Positions 42,460 to 53,800 of a stretch of DNA of 64,000 nt are shown here, one piece after another. The stretch covers positions 8,710,201 through 8,774,200 of the forward strand of contig NC_092679.1 in assembly GCF_964355755.1 (NCBI RefSeq). The letters are read 5' to 3'. Position numbers and translations under genes: made by a program. How positions within the stretch are numbered: position 1 is the first letter of the stretch; each line of letters begins with the position of its first letter. The stretch comes from Antedon mediterranea. Its lineage: Eukaryota > Animalia > Echinodermata. The notes below the pieces were generated by a model. That model did no database searches and was not told where the DNA came from. It saw only the letters and a list, made by a program, of their open reading frames with translations.

Positions 42460-42620
42460 TTTTTGTCCACGTGTGACGTTGCCGTGTGTGAGTTTTGGGG
42501 ATTCCCCTCATCTGTAACCAGAGCATGATTGGTGAAATACGATCACGTGGTACAGTTTTTAAGACGTTGCGGATAATTTGAACGTGTAACGTTCGGCCCG
42601 ACCAAATCACTCACGCGGTG
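42460..42620. promoter_or_regulatory. CpG-rich promoter-like segment near the right end of the 3.25-kb element
   Basis: CACGTG at 42468-42473 and 42544-42549, TGACGT at 42474-42479, GGGGATTCCCC (NF-kB-like) at 42497-42507 and ATTGG at 42528-42532, clustered in an otherwise AT-rich element. Confidence 0.4.
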
Positions 42621-42679
42621 TATATTAAAATAAAGTACCAAAATAAAACAGTAATTTCTCAAAATTGTCTAACACGATT

Positions 42680-42796
42680 ATGGAGAACTTTTGATATGTT
42701 GTTATTTATAAAATTATTATTCTAAACATGTAAAGAAATTGTAGATCCATGACATCGGAACGAGATGAAACGTTAGAATTTACTGCTTATGGCCTA
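42680..42796 (-). repeat. Right modular terminal inverted repeat of the 3.25-kb element
   Basis: ATGGAGAACTTTTGATAT (42680-42697), TGTAGATCCA (42740-42749), GGAACGA (42757-42763), TACTGCTTATGGCCTA (42781-42796). Confidence 0.9.
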
Positions 42797-44200
42797 AAAT
42801 GCGATTTGAAGCTATTCTAAGCACTTTGGTGTTTTTATGGAAACAATTTTTTTCGAAAATCACAAAATGGTCTAAAACGTCTCCAATAGCGATTTGAAGC
42901 TTTTCTGTACACTTTGGTGTTTTTATGTTAACAAGTTTTTTCGAAAATCAAAAAATGGTCTAAAACGTCTCCAAATGCGTTTTGAAGCTATTTTAAGCAC
43001 TTTGGTGTTTTTATCTTAACAAGTTTTTTCGAAAATCACAAAATGGTCTAAAATGTCTCCAAATGCGATTTGAAGCTAATCTTAGCACATTGGTGTTTTT
43101 ATGTTAACAAGTTTTTTCGAAAATCACAAAATGTTCTAAAACGACTCCAAATGCGATTTGAAGCTATTCTGTATACTTTGGTGTTTTTATGTTAACAAGT
43201 TTTTTCGAAAATCACAAAATGGTCTAAAACGTCTCCAAATGCGATTTGAAGCTATTCTAAGCACTTTGGTGTTTTTATGTTAACAAGTTTTTTAGAAAAT
43301 CACAAAATGGTCTAAAACGTCTCCAAATGCGATTTGAAGCTATTCTGTACACTTTGATGTTTTGTGAGAAAATTTTCTGTCGAAATGCTCAAAATGGTCA
43401 AAAACGTTTTTAAATACGATATTAAGCTACTTTGTGCTCTTTGATGTTTTTGTGTGAAATGTTTTATCGAAATGCTCAAAATGGTCTAAAATGGTTTCTA
43501 ATGTGATTTCAAGCACTTTGATGTTTTTGTATAACCAAGTTTTTCGAAAATCACAAAATTGTCTAAAACGTCTCCAAATGCGATTTGAAGCTATTCTGTA
43601 CACTTTGATGTTTTTATGTTAACAAGTTTTTCGAAAATCACAAAATGGTCTAAAACGTCTCCAAATGCGATTTTAAGCTATTCTAAGCACTTTGGTGTTT
43701 TTATGTTAACAAGTTTTTCGAAAATCACAAAATGGTCTAAAACGTCTCCAAATGCGATTTGAAGCTATTCTGTACACTTTGATGTTTTTATGTTAACAAG
43801 TTTTTTCGAAAATCAAAAATGGTCTAAAACGTCTACAAATGCGATTTGAAGCTATTCTAAGCACTTTTGTGTTTTTATGTTAACAAGTTTTTTCGAAAAT
43901 CACAAAATGGTCTAAAACGTCTGCAAATGCGATTTGAAGCTATTCTTAGCACATTGGTGTTTTTATTTAAACAAATTTTTTCGAAACTCACAAAATGGTC
44001 TAAAACGTCTCCAAATGCGATTTGAAGCTATTTTAAGCACTTTGGTGTTTTTGTGTTAACAAGTTTTTCGAAATGCTCAAAATTGTCTAAAACGTTTTTA
44101 AACACGATATTAAGCTATTTTGTGCTCTTTGATGTTTTTTTGTGAAAAGTTTTAGCGAAATGCTCAAAATGGTGTAAAACGATTTCTAATGTGATTTTAA
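42797..44200 (+). repeat. 88-bp tandem satellite array, segment 3
   Basis: Resumes in register (AAATGCGATTTGAAGC) after the 3.25-kb element. Confidence 0.98.
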
Positions 44201-44826
44201 AGACCCCTTCCCTGCAATTTTGGACGTTTTTTGGAAAATAATACATATATATCACTTTAAAAACATTAAACCATGTCATTCCTTGTCTTAAATGTACGTT
44301 TTATGGTAAATTATGATAAAAAGTGAGAAACAATGCACTACCTAAGTAGCTCGCGGCGATCGACCTCTCGTGGACGGTCTTAGGCCTAGCCTAGCTAGGC
44401 TTAGTTTTGTAGGCCTAGCTGGTAAACATCGATAACGTACGAACATCGTACGCTAGCTATATACCTAGCCTGACGTTGTATAGTTGCTGCATTAATTGTC
44501 TTTCTATTTTTGCCAGACTCCGTTGATACAAATTGGGGAAAACCCGGTATTTTCGCTGAAAAGTTAGGAGTCTTCCATTTGTTTTGGCTTCACGATCGAT
44601 CGAAAAGTGGGCGAATTACAGGTGAAAAACAAAAATATCAATCCGCGTGCAATGCATTTTGGGATTTATAGCGGGCCGCTATAATTATTAGAATCGATTT
44701 ATTTTTCACATTTTTAACCGTTTAAAGACGAAAAAAGTTATCGCAATATGACCATATAGTATTATTTTTACATTAAATATAGTTTGTGATCTTAAATTAG
44801 ATCTAAAAAACGTAGGGAATGGGGCT
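44201..44826. mobile_element. 626-bp non-autonomous DNA transposon, Kolobok-like, copy 2
   Basis: TTAA at 44197-44200 and 44827-44830. Same orientation as copy 1 and nearly identical; the differences I saw are one extra A (CGAAAAGTG) and CCGCGTGC vs CCGCCCGC. Confidence 0.85.
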
Positions 44827-47800
44827 TTAAGCACTTTGATGTTTTTATGTTAACTAGTTTTTTCGAAAATCACAAAATGGTCTAAAACGTCTCCAAATGT
44901 AAATTGAAGCTATTCTAAGCACTTGGGTGTTTTTATGTTAACAGTTTTTTCGAAAATCACAAAATGGTCTAAAACGTTTCCAAATGCGATTTGAAGCTAT
45001 TCTGTACACTTTGATGCTTTTATGGTAACAAGTTTTTTCAAAAATCACAAAATGGTCTAAAATGTCTCCAAATGCGATTTGAAGCTATTCTAAGCACTTT
45101 GGTGTTTTTATGGAAACAATTTTTTTCGAAAATCACAAAATGGTCTAAAACGTCTCCAATAGCAATTTGAAGCTTTTCTGTACACTTTGGTGTTTTTATG
45201 TTAACAAGTTTTTTCGAAAATCACAAAATGGTCTAAAACGTTTCCAAATGCGATTTGAAGCTATTCTGTACACTTTGATGCTTTTATGGTAACAAGTTTT
45301 TTAGAAAATCACAAAATGGTCTAAAACATCTCCAAATGCGATTTAAAGCTATTTTAAGCACTTTTGTGTTTTTGTGTAACCAAGTTTTTTCGAAAATCAC
45401 AAAAGGGTCAAAAATGTCTCTAAATGCGATTTGAAGCTACTCTAAGCACTTTGGTGTTTTTATGTTAACAAGTTTTTTCGAAAATCACAAAATGGTCTAA
45501 AATGTCTCCAAATGCGATTTGAAGCTATTCTGTACACTTTGCTGTTTTGTGTGAAAAATGTTTGTCGAAATCCTCAAAATGGTCAAAAACGTTTTTAAAT
45601 ACGATATTAAGCTATTTTTTGCTCTTTGATGTTTTTGTGTGAAAAGTTTTATCGAAATACTCAAAATGGTCTAAAACGGTTTCTAATGTGATTTTAAGCA
45701 CTTTGATGTTTTTGTGTAACCAAGTTTTTTCGAAAATCACAAAATGGTCTAAAATGTCTCCAAATGCGATTTGAAGCTATTCTAAGCACTTTGGTGTTTT
45801 TATGAAAACAATTTTTTTCGAAAATCACAAAATGGTCTAAAACGTCTCCAATAGCAATTTGAAGCTTTTCTGTACACTTTGGTGTTTTTATGTTAACAAG
45901 TTTTTTCGAAAATCACAAAATGGTCTAAAACGTCTCCAAATGCGATTTGAAGCTATTCTGTACACTTTGATGTTTTTATGTTCACAAGTTTTTTATAAAA
46001 TCACAAAATGGTATAAAACGTCTCCAAATGCGATTTGAAGCTATTCTGTACACTTTGATGTTTTTATGTTAACAAGTTTTTTCGAAAATCACAAAAGGGT
46101 CTAAAATGTCTCGAAATGCGATTTGAAGCTATTCTAAGCACTTTGGTGTTTTTATGTTAACAAGTTTTTTCGAAAATCACAAAATGGTCTAAAACGTCTC
46201 CAAATGCGATTTGAAGCTATTCTAAGCACTTTCGTGTTTTTATGTTAACAAGTTTTTTCGAAAATCACAAAATGGTCTAAAACGTCTCCAAATGCGATTT
46301 GAAGCTGTTTTAAGCACTTTGGTGCTTTTGTGTAACCAAGTTTTTTCGAAAATCACGAAATGGTCTAAAACGTCTCCAAATGCGATTTGAAGCTATTCTA
46401 AGCACTTTGGTGTTTTTACGTTAACAAGTTTTTTCGAAAATCACAAAATGGTCTAAAACGTCTCCAAATGCGATTTGAAGCTATTCTGTACACTTTGATG
46501 TTTTTATGTTAAAAAGTTTTTTCGAAAATCACAAAATGGTCTAAAACATCTACAAATGCGATTTGAAGCTATTCTGTACACTTTGATGTTTTTATGTTAA
46601 CAAGTTTTTTCGAAAATCACAAAATGGTCTAAAACGTTTCCAAATGCGATTTGAAGCTATTCTGTACACTTTTATGTTTTGTGTGAAAATTTTCTGTCGA
46701 AATGCTCAAAATGGTCAAAAACGTTTTTAAATACGATATTAAGCTACTTTGTGCTCTTTGATGTTTTTGTGTGAAATGTTTTATCGAAATGCTCAAAATG
46801 GTCTAAAACGGTTTCTAATGTGATTTCAAGCACTTTGATGTTTTTGTGTAACCAAGTTTTTTCGAAAATCACAAAATGGTCTAAAACTTCTCCAAATGCG
46901 ATTTGAAGCTATTTTAAGCACTTTGGTGCTTTTGTGTAACCAAGTTTTTTCGAAAATCACGAAATGGTCTAAAACGTCTCCAAATGCGATTTGAAGCTAT
47001 TCTAAGCACTTTGGTGTTTTTACGTTAACAAGTTTTTTCGAAAATCACAAAATGGTCTAAAACGTCTCCAAATGCGATTTGAAGCTATTCTGTACACTTT
47101 GATGTTTTTATGTTAACAAGTTTTTTCGAAAATCACAAAATGGTCTAAAACGTCTCCAAATGCGATTTAAAGCTATTTTAAGCACTTTTGTGTTTTTGTG
47201 TAACCAAGTTTTTTCGAAAATCACAAAAGGGTCTAAAATTTCTGTAAATGCGATTTGAAGCTATTTAAAGCACTTTGGTGTTTTTAGGTTAACAAGTTTT
47301 TTCGAAAATCACAAAATGGTCTAAAACGTCTACAAATGCGATTTGAAGCTATTCTAAGCACTTTTGTGTTTTTATGTTAACAAGTTTTTTCGAGAATCAC
47401 AAAATGGTCTAAAACGTCTCCAAATGCGATTTGAAGCTATTTTAAGCACTTTGGTGTTTTTGTGTTAACAAGTTTTTCGAAATGCTCAAAATGGTCTAAA
47501 ACGTCTCCAAATGCGATTTGAAGCTATTCTAAGCACTTTGGTGTTTTTATGTTAACAAGTTTTTTCGAAAATCACAAAATGGTATAAAACGTCTCCAAAT
47601 GCGATTTGAAGCTATTCTAAGCACTTTGGTGTTTTTATGTTAACAAGTTTTTTCGAAAATCATAAAATGGTCTAAAACGTTTCCAAATGCGATTTCAAGC
47701 TATTCTGTACACTTTGATGTTTTGTGTGAAAATTTTCTTTCGAAATGCTCAAAATGGTCAAAAACGTTTTTAAATACGATATTAAGCTACTTTGTGCTCT

Positions 47801-50800
47801 TTGATGTTTTTGTGTGAAATGTTTTATCGAAATGCTCAAAATGTTCTAAAACGGTTTCTAATGTGATTTCAAGCACTTTGATGTTTTTGTGTAACCAAGT
47901 TTTTCGAAAATCACAAAATTGTCTAAAACGTCTCCAAATGCGATTTGAAGCTATTCTGTACACTTTGATGTTTTTATGTTAACAAGTTTTTCGAAAATCA
48001 CAAAATGGTCTAAAACGTCTCCAAATGCGATTTTAAGCTATTCTAAGCACTTTGGTGTTTTTATGTTAACAAGTTTTTTTGAAAATCACAAAATGGTCTA
48101 AAACGTCTCTAAATGCGATTTGAAGCTTTTCTGTACACTTTGATGTTTTTATGTTAACAACTTTTTTCGAAAATCACAAAATGGTCTAAAATGTCTCCAA
48201 ATGCGATTTGAAGCTATTCTAAGCACTTTGGTGTTTTTATGGAAACAATTTTTTTCGAAAATCACAAAATGGTCTAAAACGTCTCCAATAGCGATTTGAA
48301 GCTTTTCTGTACACTTTGGTGTTTTTATGTTAACAAGTTTTTTCGAAAATCACAAAATGGTCTAAAACGTCTCCAAATGCGATTTGAAGCTATTCTGTAC
48401 ACTTTGATGTTTTTATGTTAACAAGTTTTTTCGAAAATCACAAAATGGTCTAAAACGTCTACAAATGCGATTTGAAGCTATTCTAAGCACTTTTGTGTTT
48501 TTATGTTAACAAGTTTTTTCGAAAATCACAAAAATAAATGGTCTAAAACGTCTGCAAATGCGATTTGAAACTATTCTTAGCACATTGGTGTTTTTATTTA
48601 AACAAATTTTTTCGAAACTCACAAAATGGTCTAAAACGTCTCCAAATGCGATTTGAAGCTATTTTAAGCACTTTGGTGTTTTTGTGTTAACAAGTTTTTC
48701 GAAATGCTCAAAATGGTCTAAAACGTTTTTAAACACGATATTAAGCTATTTTGTGCTCTTTGATGTTTTTTTGTGAAAAGTTTTAGCAAAATGCTCAAAA
48801 TGGTCTAAAACGATTTCTAATGTGATTTTAAGCACTTTGATGTTTTTATGTTAACTAGTTTTTTCGAAAATCACAAAATGGTCTAAAACGTCTCCAAATG
48901 CGATTTGAAGCTATTTTAAGCACTTAGGTGCTTTTGTGTAACCAAGTTTTTTTGAAAATCACAAAAGGGTCTAAAATGTCTCCAAATGTGATTTGAAGCT
49001 ATTTTAAGCACTTTGGTGTTTTTGTGTTAACAAGTTTTTCGAAAATCACAAAATTGTCTAAAACGTCTCCAAATGCGATTTGAAGCTATTCTGTACACTT
49101 TGATGTTTTTATGTTAACAAGTTTTTTAGAAAATCACAAAATGGTCTAAAACATCTCCAAATGCGATTTAAAGCTATTTTAAGCACTTTGGTGTTTTTAT
49201 GTTAACAAGTTTTTTCGAAAATCACAAAATGGTCTAAAACGTCTCCAAATGCGATTTGAAGCTATTTTAAGCACTTTGGTGTTTTTGTGTTAACAAGTTT
49301 TTCGAAATGCTCAAAATGGTCTAAAACGTTTCCAAATGCCATTTGAAGCTATTCTGTACACTTTGATGTTTTGTGTGAAAATTTTCTGTCGAAATGCTCA
49401 AAATGGTCAAAAACGTTTTTAAATACGATATTAAGCTACTTTGTGCTCTTTGATGTTTTTGTGTGAAATGTTTTATCGAAATGCTCAAAATGGTCTAAAA
49501 CGGTTTCTAATGTGATTTCAAGAACTTTGATGTTTTTGTGTAACCAAGTTTTTCGAAAATCACAAAATTGTCTAAAACGTCTCCAAATGCGATTTGAAGC
49601 TATTCTGTACACTTTGATGTTTTTATGTTAACAAGTTTTTCGAAGATCACAAAATGGTCTAAAACGTCTCCAAATGCGATTTTAAGCTATTCTAAGCACT
49701 TTGGTGTTTTTATGTTAACAAGTTTTTTTGAAAATCACAAAATGGTCTAAAACGTCTCTAAATGCGATTTGAAGCTTTTCTGTACACTTTGATGTTTTTA
49801 TGTTAACAACTTTTTTCGAAAATCACAAAATGGTCTAAAACGTCTCCAATAGCGATTTGAAGCTTTTCTGTACACTTTGGTGTTTTTATGTTAACAAGTT
49901 TTTTTCGAAAATCACAAAATGGCCTAAAACGTCTCCAAATGCGATTTGAAGCTATTCTGTACACTTTGATGTTTTTATGTTAACAAGTTTTTTCGAAAAT
50001 CACAAAATGGTCTAAAACGTCTACAAATGCGATTTGAAGCTATTCTAAGCACTTTTGTGTTTTTATGTTAACAAGTTTTTTCGAAAATCACAAAATGGTC
50101 TAAAACGTCTGCAAATGCGATTTGAAGCTATTCTTAGCACATTGGTGTTTTTATTTAAACAAATTTTTTCGAAACTCACAAAATGGTCTAAAACGTCTCC
50201 AAATGCGATTTGAAGCTATTTTAAGCACTTTGGTGTTTTTGTGTTAACAAGTTTTTCTAAATGCTCAAAATGGTCTAAAACGTTTTTAAACACGATATTA
50301 AGCTATTTTGTGCTCTTTGATGTTTTTTTGTGAAAAGTTTTAGCGAAATGCTCAAAATGGTCTAAAACGATTTCTAATGTGATTTTAAGCACTTTGATGT
50401 TTTTATGTTAACTAGTTTTTTCGAAAATCAAAAATGGTCTAAAACGTCTCCAAATGTGATTTGAAGCTATTCTAAGCACTTTGGTGTTTTATGTTAACAG
50501 TTTTTTCGAAAATCACAAAATGGTCTAAAACGTTTCCAAATGCGATTTGAAGCTATTCTGTACACTTTGATGTTTTTATGGCAACAAGTTTTTTAGAAAA
50601 TCACAAAATGGTCTAAAACATCTCCAAATGCGATTTAAAGCTATTTTAAGCACTTTTGTGTTTTTGTGTAACCAAGTTTTTTCGAAAATCACAAAAGGGT
50701 CTAAAATGTCTCTAAATGCGATTTGAAGCTACTCTAAGCACTTTGGTGTTTTTATGTTAACAAGTTTTTTCGAAAATCAATAAATGGTCTAAAATTTCTC

Positions 50801-53800
50801 CAAATGCGATTTGAAGCTATTCTGTACACTTTACTGTTTTGTGTGAAAAATGTTTGTCGAAATCCTCAAAATGGTCAAAAACGTTTTTAAATACGATATT
50901 AAGCTATTTTGTGCTCTTTGATGTTTTTGTGTGAAAAGTTTTATCGAAATACTCAAAATGGTCTAAAACGGTTTCTAATGTGATTTTAAGCACTTTGATG
51001 TTTTTGTGTAACCAAGTTTTTTCGAAAATCACAAAATGGTCTAAAATGTCTCCAAATGCGATTTGAAGCTATTCTAAGCACTTTGGTGTTTTTATGGAAA
51101 CAATTTTTTTCGAAAATCACAAAATGGTCTAAAACGTCTCCAATAGCAATTTGAAGCTTTTCTGTACACTTTGGTGTTTTTATGTTAACAAGTTTTTTCG
51201 AAAATCACAAAATGGTCTAAAACGTCTCCCAATGCGATTTGAAGCTATTCTGTACACTTTGATGTTTTTATGTTAACAAGTTTTTTATAAAATCACAAAA
51301 TGGTCTAAAACGTCTCCAAATGCGATTTGAAGCTATTCTGTACACTTTGATGTTTTTATGTTAACAAGTTTTTTCGAAAATCACAAAATGGTCTAAAACG
51401 TCTCCAAATGCGATTTGAAGCTATTTTAAGCACTTTGGTGTTTTTGTGTTAACAAGTTTTTCGAAATGCTCAAAATGGTCTAAAACGTCTCCAAATGCGA
51501 TTTGAAGCTATTCTAAGCAATTTGGTGTTTTTATGTTAACAAGTTTTTTCGAAAATCACAAAATGGTATAAAACGTCTCCAAATGCGATTTGAAGCTATT
51601 CTAAGCACTTTGGTGTTTTTATGTTAACAAGTTTTTTCGAAAATCACAAAATGGTCTAAAACGTTTCCAAATGCGATTTGAAGCTATTCTGTACACTTTG
51701 ATGTTTTGTGTGAAAATTTTCTTTCGAAATGCTCAAAATGGTCAAAAACGTTTTTAAATACGATATTAAGCTACTTTGTGCTCTTTGATGTTTTGGTGTG
51801 AAATGTTTTATCGAAATGCTCAAAATGGTCTAAAACGGTTTCTAATGTGATTTCAAGCACTTTGATGTTTTTGTGTAACCAAGTTTTTCGAAAATCACAA
51901 AATTGTCTAAAACGTCTCCAAATGCGATTTGAAGCTATTCTGTACACTTTGATGTTTTTATGTTAACAAGTTTTTCGAAAATCACAAAATGGTCTAAAAC
52001 GTCTCCAAATGCGATTTTAAGCTATTCTAAGCACTTTGGTGTTTTTATGTTAACAAGTTTTTTTGAAAATCACAAAATGGTCTAAAACGTCTCTAAATGC
52101 GATTTGAAGCTTTTCTGTACACTTTGATGTTTTTATGTTAACAACTTTTTTCGAAAATCACAAAATGGTCTAAAATGTCTCCAAATGCGATTTGAAGCTA
52201 TTCTAAGCACTTTGGTGTTTTTATGGAAACAATTTTTTTCGAAAATCACAAAATGGTCTAAAACGTCTCCAATAGCGATTTGAAGCTTTTCTGTACACTT
52301 TGGTGTTTTTATGTTAACAAGTTTTTTCGAAAATCACAAAATGGTCTAAAACGTCTCCAAATGCGATTTGAAGCTATTCTGTACACTTTGATGTTTTTAT
52401 GTTAACTAGTTTTTTCGAAAATCACAAAATGGTCTAAAACGTCTACAAATGCGATTTGAAGCTATTCTGTACACTTTGATGTTTTTATGTTAACAAGTTT
52501 TTTCGAAAATCACAAAATGGTCTAAAACGTTTCCAAATGCGATTTGAAGCTATCCTGTACACTTTGATGTTTTGTGTGAAAATTTTCTGTCGAAATGCTC
52601 AAAATGGTCAAAAACGTTTTTAAATACGATATTAAGCTACTTTGTGCTCTTTGATGTTTTTGTGTGAAATGTTTTATCGAAATGCTCAAAATGGTCTAAA
52701 ACGGTTTCTAATGTGATTTCAAGCACTTTGATGTTTTTGTATAACCAAGTTTTTCGAAAATCACAAAATTGTCTAAAACGTCTCCAAATGCAATTTGAAG
52801 CTATTCTGTACACTTTGATGTTTTTATGTTAACAAGTTTTTCGAAAATCACAAAATGGTCTAAAACGTCTCCAAATGCGATTTTAAGCTATTCTAAGCAC
52901 TTTGGTGTTTTTATGTTAACAAGTTTTTCGAAAATCACAAAATTGTCTAAAACGTCTCCAAATGCGATTTGAAGCTATTCTGTACACTTTGATGTTTTTA
53001 TGTTAACAACTTTTTTCGAAAATCACAAAATGGTCTAAAATGTCTCCAAAATGCGATTTGAAGTTATTCTAAGCACTTTGGTGTTTTTATGGAAACAATT
53101 TTTTTCGAAAATCACAAAATGGTCTAAAACGTCTCCAATAGCGATTTGAAGCTTTTCTGTACACTTTGGTGTTTTTATGTTAACAAGTTTTTTCGAAAAT
53201 CACAAAATGGTCTAAAACGTCTACAAATGCGATTTGAAGCTATTCTAAGCACTTTTGTGTTTTTATGTTAACAAGTTTTTTCGAAAATCACAAAATGGTC
53301 TAAAACGTCTGCAAATGCGATTTGAAGCTATTCTTAGCACATTGGTGTTTTTATTTAAACAAATTTTTTCGAAACTCACAAAATGGTCTAAAACGTCTCC
53401 AAATGCGATTGCAAGCTATTTTAAGCACTTTGGTATTTTTGTGTTAACAAGTTTTTCGAAATGCTCAAAATGGTCTAAAACGTTTTTAAACACGATATTA
53501 AGCTATTTTGTGCTCTTTGATTTTTTTTTGTGAAAAGTTTTAGCGAAATGCTCAAAATGGTCTAAAACGATTTCTAATGTGATTTTAAGGACTTTGATGT
53601 TTTTATGTTAACTAGTTTTTTCGAAAATCACAAAATGGTCTAAAACGTCTCCAAATGCGATTTGAAGCTATTTTAAGCACTTAGGTGCTTTTGTGTAACC
53701 AAGTTTTTTCGAAAATCACAAAAAGGTCTAAAATGTCTCCAAATGTGATTTGAAGCTATTTTAAGCACTTTGGTGTTTTTGTGTTAACAAGTTTTTCGAA

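Larger units (their letters stand above)
39547..42796. mobile_element. 3250-bp non-autonomous TIR DNA transposon, Academ-like
   Basis: Perfect 16-bp terminal inverted repeats TAGGCCATAAGCAGTA (39547-39562) / TACTGCTTATGGCCTA (42781-42796). AAA is duplicated at 39544-39546 and 42797-42799; the empty site is TCC-AAA-TGCG. TAG...CTA ends with a 3-bp TSD fit Academ. No transposase ORF is visible, so the superfamily call rests on termini alone. Confidence 0.8.

Noticed and set aside
39544-42800. 4-bp AAAT TSD, or RAG/Transib identity, for the 3.25-kb element
   Set aside because: An AAAT TSD would leave asymmetric ends (AGG...CCTA), whereas AAA gives perfect TAGG...CCTA. RAG/Transib elements have CAC termini and 5-bp TSDs.
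27904-44826. The two 625/626-bp direct repeats as LTRs of a 17-kb retroelement or ends of a composite transposon
   Set aside because: Each copy has its own TIRs and TTAA TSD, lacks TG...CA ends, and shares duplicated satellite flanks. The DNA between them is satellite with no gag/pol.
10094-53533. Repeated 75-99 aa ORFs (10094, 14322, 21809, 24292, 30107, 34388, 53255)
   Set aside because: They are translations of satellite monomers in which variants happen to remove stops. Several start at non-ATG codons, they show no domain features, and they recur only because the DNA blocks are duplicated.
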